Shown: piece by piece, positions 13,448 through 26,145 of the stretch
Numbering within the stretch: position 1 is the stretch's first letter
Layout: the number at the start of each line of letters is the position of its first letter
Assembly: GCA_964016885.1 (NCBI GenBank)
Contig: OZ024741.1
Span: 309,256,001-309,320,000, forward strand
From: Eledone cirrhosa
Lineage: Eukaryota
Length of the DNA: 64,000 bases
Direction of reading: 5' to 3'
Notes under the pieces: generated by a model
Database searches by the model: none
Told to the model about the DNA's origin: nothing
Seen by the model: the letters and a program-made list of their open reading frames with translations, nothing else
Translations under genes and position numbers: made by a program

Positions 13448-13560
13448 TAATGAAATGACAGGAGGCTGCACTTGTGTAAATCCTTGAAAGGTTTATTATA
13501 CTATGATCATTTCAATGACCGGGTTCCGTATGAATCTGGTGATATCATCAGGTATTCGAA
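13445..13560 (-). ncRNA. PLE terminal-repeat remnant with type I hammerhead fold (13498-13555)
   Basis: Minus strand ATAC-CTGATGA-[helix II]-GAAA-TGATCA-TA/GTAT-AATAAA, ending at the (TA)n tract 13373-13442. Confidence 0.75.
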
Positions 13561-14199
13561 ATATAATAAGTGAATGTAATAGATAAAATCCATGGGGCTG
13601 AAAATCATAAAAGACTCTCTTTAACTAAAACCCACAACCCAAAACCTTTAAAAAGTTTTTTAAATGTTTAATTTTCAATTTTCTATTTGTTCAATTCTCA
13701 ATCTTCTTACTCTTTAATTTTATAATGTTATTCTGAATTCTTTCAACTTCATCCTATAAATCTAAACAATATTTTAACGTTCCAACTTTCTGTCGGACTG
13801 TTGGGTTGGTTTTCCTGGCGGCGGGACCAGCCCCCTGGGGCATAGGCCTACCTTGAGTGCTTGGAAAAATAAATTTCCCGTTCTTTCGGTAAATGAAACT
13901 ACTCGGAGTGGCTTGATTCACCCCAGGGGCCCGGCGCGCAGCCGGTTTTTTGACCGCCATATAGTACCTTTAAATTACAGATCAAATCAGAACTATTAGA
14001 CGTATCACGCCTCCCTCTACTTAAGCAAATCCCCCTCCTGGGTAAAGGAATAGGACTGGTTTTGTACAAGGATGGCCTAACGATGCGGGCTGACTTCCTG
14101 CTGGCCTGTTATACATTCCTAGAGTGCTCGGAAAAATAGATTTCCATATCTTTCGCTAGGCGATATCACTCGGAGTGATGGGCTGCCCAAGCTTGTAGT

Positions 14200-14270
14200 C
14201 TATCTCCAAAACCATAGGAGGAGTTCGTGAACAAACAAACAGACAGGAACTACAACTTTATTATATAAGA
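14200..14270 (-). mobile_element. Probable Helitron 5' end
   Basis: Minus strand starts A|TCTTATATAATAAAGTTGTAG…CTGTCTGTTTGTTTG, typical of non-autonomous Helitron 5' ends; no matching 3' end found. Confidence 0.45.
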
Positions 14271-14274
14271 TATA

Positions 14275-14349
<75 letters not shown>

Positions 14350-14393
14350 GTATGTATGTATGTATGCATGTATGCATGTATGCATATATATAA

Positions 14394-14426
<33 letters not shown>

Positions 14427-14821
14427 ACGAAGGAGGTGTGGTAAGGAACCAGATGGACCATAACGCACCAGAGTACTCAATACTTAGGGTAGTAGAGTGG
14501 GTAATAGGAAAATCTTTGACCCCGACGGCAGAGCTCAAGCCGTTTCGACGGCTATTTCTGGACTAAATTAGAATTTTTAGCGTGGTAATTAAATAGCCGA
14601 ACTTTTCAAGGGGTAATTTCTTATATGGGAAGATTGTAGTTGTCAAGAGGATTGGTCAAAATTTCTTGTAAACACAATTAAGAGGTGGCGGGTGGCTGAA
14701 CTTACCTGTAGAACAATGAGGGTGTAGGTGGAGCCGATCAAGCGTTGAAAGTGAATTCTATACAGCAAATTCTAAGGATTGTGTATGAAAATATGCTAGA
14801 TAGGATGCAGGCGAAAAAGGA

Positions 14822-15463
14822 TTCGGGAACATCTTCTTTAGGCTCCTCGAAAAATACTTCCCACCACAACACCGCTACCACAACATAAGTAACAAAAAGA
14901 CTATCAAACTCTCCTACAGCATCACACCCAACTTCGCACAAAACATCGCCTCCTCAAACAACAAGAAACTCAACCCCTATGGAAGAAACAACGTAGACAT
15001 TAGTGGAGAGCCGACCAGGAGATGTAACTGCCCTGGTAGATCTACGTGACCCCTCAACAACAGATGCCGTGAACGTAACGTGATCTACCAATGCAACGTC
15101 AGGACGGAAACCTCCAACAAAGCCTATATAGGATTAACCGCTTGTGATTTTAAGAACCAGCTCTACCAACACCAACATACGTTCCGAAACCCGACCCGGC
15201 GACATGCCACTACACTTTCGGGCTACATCTGGGACCTCCAAGATAATAACATAACATACAATCTTACTTGGAGCTTACTGCCCAGGGCTAACTCCTACAC
15301 GGGAGGACGCCGTCCGTGTAACTTATGCTCGGAGGAAACATTACAAATGCTGTTTACGAAGGACCAACTCCTAAACAAAAAAGACGAACTTGTAACTGCA
15401 TGTAAACACCGATTGCGTAGGACTTACTTCGCCCTCAAACCCCCTCATGACCCGGGTGGGTAG
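14822..15463 (+). pseudogene. PLE ORF C-terminus (end of RT, Cys linker, GIY-YIG endonuclease)
   Basis: One frame of ~214 codons with a single internal TGA at 15047-15049; VIYQC…YIG GIY-YIG hairpin motif and H/H/CxxC residues. Confidence 0.9.
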
Positions 15464-16081
15464 ACAATGGCTGAAGCATCCTCCTTTTCCTTTTTCCCCC
15501 TTTCGCCTACCCCGAGGCAGCCCATCGGGCTTTTGTAGCCTCAGTACCCCCACCCCAGTAAATTATATATAGCATTGGCCGAAAACGCAATACGAACTAA
15601 TTATTTTTTAAATTACTTTCTACAATCCAATTCTATAATTTAATATATTTTATATTTATTTAGTATCTCCTAATCTCAATTTATTAATCTATTCTATAGC
15701 ATTGGTCGAAAACGCAATACCAACTAAATATAGCAGCTGATTTAGACTCTAGAGATTTTTTGTTACTTCTTACTATCCAATTTTATATTTTTATATATTT
15801 TTTATTTATTTATTATCTCCTAATCTCAATTTATTAACCTATTCTATAATGTCCCCTCTCTATTTTCTCCAGAATCCTTTTTCGCCTGCTTCCTATCTAG
15901 TCTATTTTCATACACAATCCTTAGAATTTGCTGTATAGAATTCACTTTCAACGCTTGATCGGCTCCACCTACACCCTCATTGTTCTACAGGTAAGTTCAG
16001 CCACCCGCCACCTCTTAATTGTGTTTACAAGAAATTTTGACCAATCCTCTTGAAAACTACAATCTTCCCATATAAGGAATT

Positions 16082-16176
16082 ACCCCTTGAAAAGTTCGGC
16101 TATTTATTTACCACGCTAAAATTTCTAATTTAGTCCAGAAATAGCCGTCGAAACGGCTTGAGCTCGGCCGTCGGGG
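16082..16176 (+). ncRNA. Type I hammerhead ribozyme, U3:A8 core variant (inverted copy 14519-14614 on -)
   Basis: (A)CCCC-TTGAAAA-G..CGGCTATTT…AAATAGCCG.C-GAAA-CGGC(loop with GAGCTC)GCCG-TC/GGGG(T); predicted cleavage after 16172. Confidence 0.8.
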
Positions 16177-16859
16177 CCAAACATTTTCCTATATATATGG
16201 AGACACAAAGCAAGCTAGCGAATTTGAAAATTAGGCAGCAACATACGCTCTCGCCGCATTTGACTAAATAGAATTAGTCTGTTAGTTGGGATTTTAAAAA
16301 AACAACCTTTGAATGGAAAAAAAGGATGAGTATTGACGTACATGGGACACGAACCAACATCTTTGGTTTGCCGGACCACTATGTCACCAACACACCAACA
16401 CGCCACCCATGCCTCATTCTATTCAATCAGAAGCTAGCAGAAGGAGGATAAGTAGATAGATAGATAGAGAGGCAGACTAATATATAGATGGATGGATAGA
16501 TAGATAGATAGATAGAAGACAAATAGACTGATGGATGGACAAACAGACAGATAGATACACAAACAAATGGATAAACAGACAGACAGACACACAAATATCT
16601 GAACATACAGACAGATGGATAGATAGATTATCAATACAATGGCCATTATGTGATTAATAATTGCAACTTGGTATCACCTAAATGCCATTAATGGCTTTTT
16701 TTGTACACCTCTTAAAACCGAAGACAATTTAGAGATTGGTGGGTGGATTACTATCTATTAAACAGCTGAAACCAAGGTGACAGGTATTCTCCTATTTATT
16801 GTACCAATGTCCAGCACCAACATGTCATGACTAATAGAAATATTTTTATTTGTTACTGT

Positions 16860-17580
16860 TGCAGTTGTTGGTGATGGTGATGGTGTTGATGTTGGTGGTG
16901 ATGGTGATGGTGTTGATGTTGGTGGTGATGGTGGTGATGTTGTTGTTGTTGTTGCAGTTGTTGGTGATGGTGATGGTGCTGTGGTGATGGTGTTGATGTT
17001 GTTGTTGTTGTTGTAGTTGTTGGTGATGGTGATGGTATTGTTGTTGTTGTTGGTGGTGGTGGTGATGTTGTTGGTGGTAGTGACGGTGATGGTGTTGATG
17101 TTGTAGTTGTTGGCGATGGTGGTGGTGGTGATGGTGGTGGTGGTAATGTTGTTGGTGGTAGTGACGGTGATGGTGTTGATGTTGTAGTTGTTGGCGATGG
17201 TGGTGGTGGTGATGGTGGTGGTGGTAATGTTGGTGGTAGTGACGGTGATGGTGTTGATGTTGTAGTTGTTGGCGATGGTGGTGGTGGTGATGGTGGTGGT
17301 GGTAATGTTGTTGGTGGTAGTGACGGTGATGGTGTTGATGTTGTAATTGTTGGCGATGGTGGTGGTGGTGATGGTGTTGATATTGTTGTTGTTGGTGGTA
17401 GTGAGACGGTGATGGTGTTGATGTTGTAGTTGTTGGCGATGATGATGATGGTGGTGATGGCGGTGATGGTGATGGTGGTGATGGTGGTGTTGTTGGTGGT
17501 GGTGGAGATTGTGGTCGTGTTGATGTTGTTGGTGGTGTTTATTTTGATGTTGTTGTTGTTGGTGGTGGTGATGGTGGTAT
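16860..17580. repeat. (GGT/GTT/GAT)n compound microsatellite with ~81-bp higher-order unit
   Basis: Marker GACGGTGAT recurs at 17082, 17163, 17241 and 17322. Confidence 0.9.
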
Positions 17581-18202
17581 TCTATCCCCTATAATTGAAT
17601 ATATACCTCTTTGTGTATTTTTTTCTATATACTATCTTATTAAGGGCCTGGAATCTATTCCTTGAGCTCATTAATTTATAGAGAATTAATGGGAGTCTTT
17701 AACTCCGTTTTTTAATTTGATATATATATATTTACCCCCCCCCCCCCCTCCCCCCATATATATATTGAGAAGATAGACCTTATCAAGATGCAGCTATCAT
17801 ATTACGTAGTTTCTATATAATAATGTTGATAAAGTTGTTATTATCTACAGCGACTATGACTTAATTATGTAATAGGTCGTATTCCACCTTCTCCCGTCGT
17901 CTGTCGACTTTAAACCCTCAAACTATCCACCTACATGACGTGATGCCGCGCATTAGGAAGTTTTGTTCGTACAACACGGTATAAAAAAAAAAAACCAAAT
18001 ACCCAAGAAATAAGCGAAATGAACTCAAAAGAAAAATAACAAAATACGATATCAAAAGGCGCGCAAAAGGCATAAACGTCAATGTCCTTAATTACATACG
18101 CGAATGCAAAACATAATTAAGATGAAATTATATATACAGAAACCTAGACGTTCAAATAAGATCAAATATGCAAACAGAGATTTGCAAAATTATTTATCTG
18201 TA

Positions 18203-19297
18203 AAGTGGTGGTGTAGGTGTCACGTCTAATAGCACCCAGTCCACACTGTAGAGTGGTTGTGTAGGTGTCACGGCTAAAAGCACCAAGACCACACCGTAGA
18301 GTGGTTGTGTTGGTGTCACGGCTAATAGCACCAAGACCACACCGTAGAGTGGTTGTGTTGGTGTCACGGCTAATAGCACCAGGACCACACTGTAGAGTGG
18401 TTGTGTAGGTGTCACGGCTAATAGTACCAAGACCACACCGTAGAGTGGTTGTGTTGGTGTCACGGCTAATAGCTCCCAGTCCACACTGTAAAGTGGTTGT
18501 GTAGGTGTCACGGCTAATAGCACCAAGACCACACCGTAGAGGGGTTGTGTAGGTGTCACGGCTAAAAACACCAAGACCACACTGTAGAGTGGTTGTGTAG
18601 GTGTCACGGCTAAAAACACCAAGACCACACCGTAGAGTGGTTGTGTAGGTGTCACGACTAATAGCACCAAGACCACACCGTAGAGTGGTTGTGTTGGTGT
18701 CACGGCTAATAGCACCAAGACCACACCGTAGAGTGGTTGTGTAGGTGTCACGGCTAATAGCACCAAGACCACACCGTAGAGTGGTTGTGTAGGTGTCACG
18801 GCTAATAGCACCAAGACCACACTGCAGAGTGGTTGTGTTGGTGTCACGGCTAATAGCACCAAGACCACACTGCAGAGTGGTTGTGTAGGTGTCACGACTA
18901 ATAGCACCAAGACCACACCGTAGAGTGGTTGTGTAGGTGTCACGGCTAATAGCACCAAGACCACACCGTAGAGTGGTTGTGTAGGTGTCACGGCTAATAG
19001 CACCAAGACCACACTGCAGAGTGGTTGTGTTGGTGTCACGGCTAATAGCACCAAGACCACACTGCAGAGTGGTTGTGTAGGTGTCACGACTAATAGCACC
19101 AAGACCACACCGTAGAGTGGTTGTGTAGGTGTCACGACTAATAGCACCAAGACCACACCGTAGAGTGGTTGTGTAGGTGTCACGGCTAATAGCACCAAGA
19201 CCACACCGTAGAGTGGTTGTGTAGGTGTCACGGCTAATAGCACCAAGACCACACTGCAGAGTGGTTGTGTTGGTGTCACGGCTAAAAATACCCAGCA
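18203..19297. repeat. 48-bp minisatellite, ~22 copies, inside a SINE-like element
   Basis: Unit GAGTGGTTGTGTAGGTGTCACGGCTAATAGCACCAAGACCACACCGTA; runs into GGTTGGCGCTAGGAAGGGCATCCAGC…(GAT)n, the family also seen at ~10750-11000 (-). Confidence 0.95.
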
Positions 19298-20722
19298 CTC
19301 AATGTAAATGAGGTTGGCGCTAGGAAGGGCATCCAGCTGTATGAGTATGATTAGTTACCTGACCTAGCATTGCTCACAACAGGATAACTCGTCTAAACCA
19401 GGCAAGAGTGGAAAATGGACGTTAAACGGTGGTGATGATGATGATGATGATACAAACAAAGATTTGCAAATTTATTTAACGAAATCAAGATTGACTAGAT
19501 TAGCGCCCATCTCTTAAAAACGTGTCTACCCTTTCTAGCTAACGTAAAGAAAGGAAGTAAATAAAGAGACAGAAAGAATGAAAACAATGACTTAAACCAT
19601 CTCTTTACCCAGAACCTTTAGCCCTATCACTCACTTCACTAATAGCATTTCTGTTAAATATCGACTAAATCAGTAGAAGAAATCATTTTGAATTTATTAC
19701 CTCAAAACAATATGCTACATAAGTAGGTCAAATCGGTCCAATATCATCAGCAGCAGAAATCTCCTTTAATTACCACATCATCGCAAATATGCTACATATC
19801 CCCTAAGTAGGTCAAATCGGTCCAATATCATCAGCAGAAATCTCCTATAATTACCACATCATCGCAAATATGCTAAATTTCTACAGCCTCAATGTAAAGA
19901 TTACACACCTTTTATAATTAGTATTTCAAGGAAAATATACTAAACATTTTTAGATCTCAGTGTAAATAAAATTAATTTCTTAGCCATACGCTTTTCAAAT
20001 GTAAACTTGAATTAACCTCTCAAATTTCTTACAATCTCCCTAAAATACGCTAAATTTCTACTACTTCAATGTAAATACAATTAATTTCGTAACCCTACGC
20101 TTTTCATTTGTAAACTTGAAATAACCCCAAATTTTCTTAGAATCCCCCTTTCAACACCGAGGAACTTACGAAACCGCTGTATTAGAAATGTATTCTTGTA
20201 TTCCTGTCCGACCATGTTTTAAGAGTTTATTCACTCGCCACTTATCCTACCATAAAGTATAACTTGACTAGAAAGCTCATTGTAGCCTAAAGATATTGGG
20301 ACACAGCTAGATGCAAAGGGCATCCAAGCCACCTTAAAGCTAAAGTCCTTAGTTTTATTGTCGACCTTTGTAACTATAGTTGCAGCGCCTTTTCGATAGT
20401 GACGTCTAAATAATTAACCTTGCAAAAGTCGCATCCCATTCCTCTTCGGCCCTTAACTCTTTGGATAGATTTTGTGCAACAAAACCTTGAAATGCCTCTA
20501 ATTAGGAACAAATACACCATCAATATACCTACAACATCCACCTAACTACCTAATTAAGGCTATTCTCCTAAGCTTCCTTTGTGTGTTCCACAAACAATTA
20601 TTAGTCTGGTTCTAAGAATTCCCCGAATAACCGGTACTGGGAATGTCGGGGGTACACTGTATATACTTTCTTTCACTATCAATTTTTTCACACACACTCG
20701 ATTTCCCTTTCCCCCCTCTTTC

Positions 20723-20812
<90 letters not shown>

Positions 20813-21969
20813 GTAGAACGACTATTGTCGCGGGTGGGACCAATCCAGTTGACCACCGAGTCCATTGTCATGATCAAACCGCCACCCTCCTTCAAAAACG
20901 AAGGAGAGGCGGTTTTCCTTTGTGTGATAGCTATGGCGAAAGAGGTTGTATGGTGGACAAAGTTGAAAGGGCTGAGGTCAGACACCTTTCTCTCCGGCCA
21001 ACAACTGATTCTTTTTTTCAAATACCACTTTGGAAGAAGAATCAGGATGGAGAGAGAGGTGCTGTACCCCAGCAAGTTTTATGAAAGGTGGGTGAAAGTG
21101 GCGAGAATGGCCCGAGTGAATGGGCCTTCTCTCTATATCAGCCTGTAGGTTGAGGAAAAGGAGGAGGAGAGGAAAGGAGTACAAGCTCTTCGTACTCCTG
21201 GAGATGAGGGTTGCACATTTTTTTTCGGGGGTCTGTGTTACCCATATAAACTGTCTCCCTCTATTGGGGAAAATCGACTAACTTTTAAATTCCATCTGTG
21301 ATAACATTTTACACGTTTTTATTGTATGTAAACTTCCCCCTTTGTATTTGTCCCCTTCTTTTGTGCCCCTGTGGCTAATAAAGAAATATATCTATCGTAG
21401 AACGACTATTGTCGCGGGTGGGACCAATCCAGTTGACCACCGAGTCCATTGTCATGATCAAACCGCCACCCTCCTTCAAAAACGAAGGAGAGGCGGTTTT
21501 CCTTTGTGTGATAGCTATGGCGAAAGAGGTTGTATGGTGGACAAGGTTGAAAGGGCTGAGGTCAGACACCTTTCTCTCCGGCCAACAACTGATTCTTTTT
21601 TTCAAATACCACTTTGGAAGAAGAATCAGGATGGAGAGAGAGGTGCTGTACCCCAGCAAGTTTTATGAAAGGTGGGTGAAAGTGGCGAGAATGGCCCGAG
21701 TGAATGGGCCTTCTCTCTATATCAGCCTGTAGGTTGAGGAAAAGGAGGAGGAGAGGAAAGGAGTACAAGCTCTTCGTACTCCTGGAGATGAGGGTTGCAC
21801 ATTTTTTTCGGGGGTCTGTGTTACCCATATAAACTGTCTCCCTCTATTGGGGAAAATCGACTAACTTTTAAATTCCATCTGTGATAACATTTTACACGTT
21901 TTTATTGTATGTAAACTTCCCCCTTTGTATTTGTCCCCTTCTTTTGTGCCCCTGTGGCTAATAAAGAAA
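20813..21969 (+). mobile_element. Two tandem 5'-truncated Tx1/L1-like LINE 3' ends (584-bp period) in (TATC)n
   Basis: Peptide VFLCVIAMAKEVVWWTRLKG…LILFFKYHFGRRIRMERE…FYERW resembles L1/Tx1 ORF2 C-termini; ends GCTAATAAAGAAA then TATC repeats. Confidence 0.75.
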
Positions 21970-22670
21970 TATATCTATCTGTCTGTCTGTCTGTCTGTAT
22001 GTATGTATATATGTTTGTCTGTCTGTCAGTCAGTCGATCTTTGTCTATTTATTTATTTGTCTTTTTTTCTTTCACTCAATTTCTCTCTATTTCCCTCAGA
22101 GCGCAAGATAAAGTACCTCGAGATATTTGTAAAATTCTAATCCTTTATGTTTGGAGTTCAAATTCCGATCAGGTTGATTTTGCCTGTCGAAAATAATTTT
22201 AAAAAAAGCTACCAATCTAGGAGTACCGGTGTCAATATAATTGACTGAACTCTTGAAGGATGTGCCCCAACATGGCCACATTATAATGAGACAGACGTGC
22301 TAACCTCTAAAAACCCAAACGGAGAGTACCATGAAAATAAGTGCCCCCAAACGGGGAGATTTTACATAATGAAAGCTATACCCATTTTCACAAGAGAAAA
22401 CATCTCTCACCCACCCCAAAGTGGGTGGGTGATCTCCCCGTCCGACGGGGAGAGTTGACAGGTCTGACGAGTGAAACTACTGAAAAAAAAATAAGAAAAA
22501 AGAAAAAAGTTTTCCCATAGGTCATTTGTTTAATTATAGCTGGAATTGGAACATATGAAGAGAATTTGAAGGGAAACTTATTCAACAGGGAATCAAACCT
22601 GTATCACAGATTAATGTTTCTTACTGGAAACTCACTACCATTCTTAAATATTTGCTGTTGTTGTTGTTAC

Positions 22671-22706
<36 letters not shown>

Positions 22707-23050
22707 CAATGGTGATGTTGGTTATATATGGGGATCCAGCTGGATCAGTTGGAAATAGTTCTGACAGAACCTGCTGGAAGAAGTAGTTGAGGACTCTGTC
22801 CCAACGACTCTCTCGGGAAGAAGAAGAAGAAGAAGAAGAAGGTATATCAATTAAGAAACAGCTATTTTCTTTGTACATATATACAGAACAAATTTGTAAA
22901 TAAAAATACATACAGCAAGATGTTATAATGGCTTTATATGATTGATGCTCTGAACTGAAGTTTATTGAGCTTTATGCTCAGAAACATTATTGATATATAT
23001 TTCATATGTAATTCATTAAACCTAAAACTAGCATATATAGAATATATATA

Positions 23051-23153
23051 TGAAAAGAGTCAGGACCCCGACGGCTGAGCTCCGGCCGTTTCAACAGCTA
23101 GATCTGAACTGGTGCGTTATGGTCCACCTGGTTCCTTACCACATTTCCTTGGT
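23051..23153. mobile_element. Short fold-back remnant of the 14427 PLE pLTR family
   Basis: GACCCCGACGGCTGAGCTC…GCCGTTTC fused to the opposite-orientation terminus TGGTGCGTTATGGTCC…CCTTACCACA; TA flanks. Confidence 0.85.
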
Positions 23154-23239
<86 letters not shown>

Positions 23240-23807
23240 TATGTGTGTGTGTGTGTGTGTAGGTATACTAGTAATCGGTTTCTGTTACTCGAGACTATCA
23301 ATCTGAGTAACGTGGATCGAGGACTGTCTCAGCTTACAGTTGTTTCTGACTCAACATATGAACTACCGCTAGAAGTTGTTCTTAGGCTGATCTTTAGAAG
23401 ATACCGCAATAGATGATCCATGGACTAATTATAATTAGACAATGAGTTACACGAATACACTGTTCACTGTACAAGAAAATAAGCATTTATTGCATAACAT
23501 TTACATATGTTTCATTAATATGTGAAGGTATTGTATCTAGAAAGCTCTAATCTCAATATTATATTGGGATAAATCGGATTCAGTTATGGTAAATTTACCT
23601 CCACATATCAAATTATCCAAACAGAATAATGACTTGAATGGAACTCAGGACGATATAACAAGACTTGGCGTGTCGTTAGGAGAACGAAGAGAATTAGATA
23701 GAATAGGAATAAGTATGCTTATACAAAAAAGGTTCATAAGAGGAATCAGTGGTTATTAATTTGGTCCTGTGGTAGCAGTGTTGATGCCGGGTTGTGGCAG
23801 GTAAGTT

Positions 23808-23855
<48 letters not shown>

Positions 23856-23858
<3 letters not shown>

Positions 23859-24410
23859 TAATCTCCCGTTTATCGCGGGGGATACGTTCCCGAACCAACC
23901 GCGATAAATAAAAATCCGTGATATAGAAAGACCATAAAGACAACCGTTGTTTTCATAGTTTAAGCCTTAAAATACCTCTCCTACATGCTTTACGTACATA
24001 GGAACTCATTAAAACACACTTTAGTATTTAAACACAAAGACAGCCAGTAACGATCGTATAGAAACTACCACCAACGCTCGTACCACTAGTTACTAATGAC
24101 GACCATTACGAACCACGTTAGCCACTTGGTAATACGCTGCACATCTCCCGCCAATCTATGTAGGGTTCGTAGTAGATTAGAGAAAAACACAATCAGTAAA
24201 ACAGTAATGGAATGAAAAATAAAAACATATATTTTATAGTTAAAGTTTTACACTTCAATCACATCGAAACTTATTCAATAAGTTTAAATTTTAAACACTT
24301 TTATTCAGACGTACGTACCGTGATACGAAAATAGATATGTTCTAATGAAAAATCCGCGATGTAGCGAGGATTACCGCGAAAAGTGAACCGCGATATAGCG
24401 GGGTTTACTG
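23856..24410. mobile_element. Tigger/pogo-like MITE in (TA)n
   Basis: TA|CAGTAATCTCCCGTTTATCGCGG … CCGCGATATAGCGGGGTTTACTG|TA; subterminal CCGCGA repeats. Confidence 0.85.
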
Positions 24411-24474
24411 TATATACATATGTATGTAGGTATATATACATATATATGTATATATATCTATATCTATATACATA

Positions 24475-24566
<92 letters not shown>

Positions 24567-24583
24567 CATATATATACATATAC

Positions 24584-24615
<32 letters not shown>

Positions 24616-24682
24616 TTATATGTATATATGCGGTGCCCCAGCATGGCCTCAGCCGGATGGCTGGAACAGGTAAAAGAGTAAA

Positions 24683-24722
<40 letters not shown>

Positions 24723-25825
24723 TTTCTATTTTTCTTTCTTGGGGGCTACTTACTGTTCACCACATTTCTATCTCTTCCTTTTCAGGTGAAGCACGTTGGT
24801 TTGTAATATCTATTTTGTTTTGGCTTTATTTGTATAATTCGCCGAAAAGCACAATTTGTCCTTTGTTTCCCTGTTTTGTTCTCTAACCATCCCATATGAA
24901 CTGGAATGAATAGTTTCAACTTTAATGAACCGTAACTATAAGGATTTCCAGAAGCTAACTGAAGAGAAGGCACTGTTCGTTTTCCTATTGTTTTTCCGCT
25001 GTCTTTGTCTTGCGCGTGCCCCTTTCACACACACACCACACACACACACACACATATATATATATGTATATATACTCATAATTTAACATCCGTTTTTTCC
25101 CTGTTTTCAAAGGTTGGATGGGCCTTCGCATATATATTTATATATATGTATGTTTACTTTCTAAATATTACTAAATTGATATCCTTGATAGCTTGTAGAT
25201 AACAATTGAAAACTGTGATGATGCTGTTGGTGATATTGTTCATCAAAGGAAGCTAATGACTATTCATTAAACTGATGCTAATAGCAATTAATTGGTCAAT
25301 CAATAAACAGGTTAATTATAACATACACACACGCATATATGTGTGCGTGCGTGTGCATGTGTGTGTGTGTGTGCATGTGTGTGCATGTGTGTGTATGTAT
25401 GTGTGTGCGTCAAACCGCACGTGTGTATAATTTTCTTGTTCTATATGCAAGAGATAATGAGAAATGTAAAGTATCTGTAAGACAAAGAAAGGAAGAGACA
25501 ATGCTCTTCCATTTTATGTATATTGATGAGTTGTTACGACTAGCCGGAGAGAATGGCTGCTTATACATATACATTGGCTAACTGAATACGCACGTGTGTT
25601 TTTCTCGTTTTTTTTTCCCCGTTCCTTCCTTTTCTCACTCTCTATCTTTCTATTTTGTCTTTTATTTCTAATTCTATCTTCTGATGAAGGACTAGTCACC
25701 GAAATGTAATGATTCTTTTCCTGTTATTTCCAGTGTTAAACTAATATATTTCATATATTTCTTTAATGTACCGTGTCGTTTGCTTTGTTATTTCTGTTTA
25801 CTTTTAAATACATATATACATACAT

Positions 25826-26145
25826 GATGGCTTCAAATCGATTTCGAGTAATGCCATCGCTTCATACTTAAGCATCAGCATCACGGACGTGGCTTTTTAG
25901 TCCTGTTAGGGACTTGCCTATGGCCAGCAATGCCATGCATCGCCAAAAATGTCACATATCAAGTGATGCCTGTGATTGAAGCTTTTTTAAGTGAGGAAAG
26001 GCTTTACACGGAGCCAATCCCACTCTCTGAACATCGAATGCATTCGGCCAAAAAAGAAGAAGTGGATGCAAACGAAGTTGCAGATATTATATCAGAGTAA
26101 CCTTCTCCTAGAAAGATGTCTTAATGAAGACTAGGAGTCTCTCGC
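25826..26145 (+). mobile_element. Probable LINE 3' end (RTEX-like); related copy 34157-34575 on -
   Basis: Shared TGCCTGTG…GAAGCTTTT…CCCACTCTCT…TATATCAGAGT…CTTCTCCTAGAA; both bounded by CATA/CA repeats; clade uncertain. Confidence 0.5.

Larger units (their letters stand above)
14427..16191 (+). mobile_element. 5'-truncated Penelope-like element (Hydra-clade-like): inverted pLTR + RT-linker-GIY-YIG + 3' pLTR, in (TA)n
   Basis: 14427-14824 is the reverse complement of the 3' end (15871-16191). Frame 14822-15463 gives FFRLLEKYFPPQH…KLSYS…CNC-x5-(TGA)PL…C…VIYQC…YIGLT…H…H…CNLC. Candidate splice donor CAG|GTAAG at ~15988; TA tracts on both sides. Confidence 0.9.

Noticed and set aside
15440-15560. 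SECIS element for the TGA at 15047
   Set aside because: ATGA…GA is present but helix length and apical AA spacing do not fit by eye; needs SECISearch.
18162-19298. 378-aa and 361-aa repeat ORFs; CRISPR-like periodicity
   Set aside because: A 48-bp unit without stops keeps frames open automatically. There are no unique spacers or cas genes, and the context is a eukaryotic SINE.
25670-25720. CTGATGAAGG…CCGAAA hammerhead-like core (similar partial cores ~40305-40340 and ~54710)
   Set aside because: Helices I and III cannot be formed; at most decayed PLE termini.
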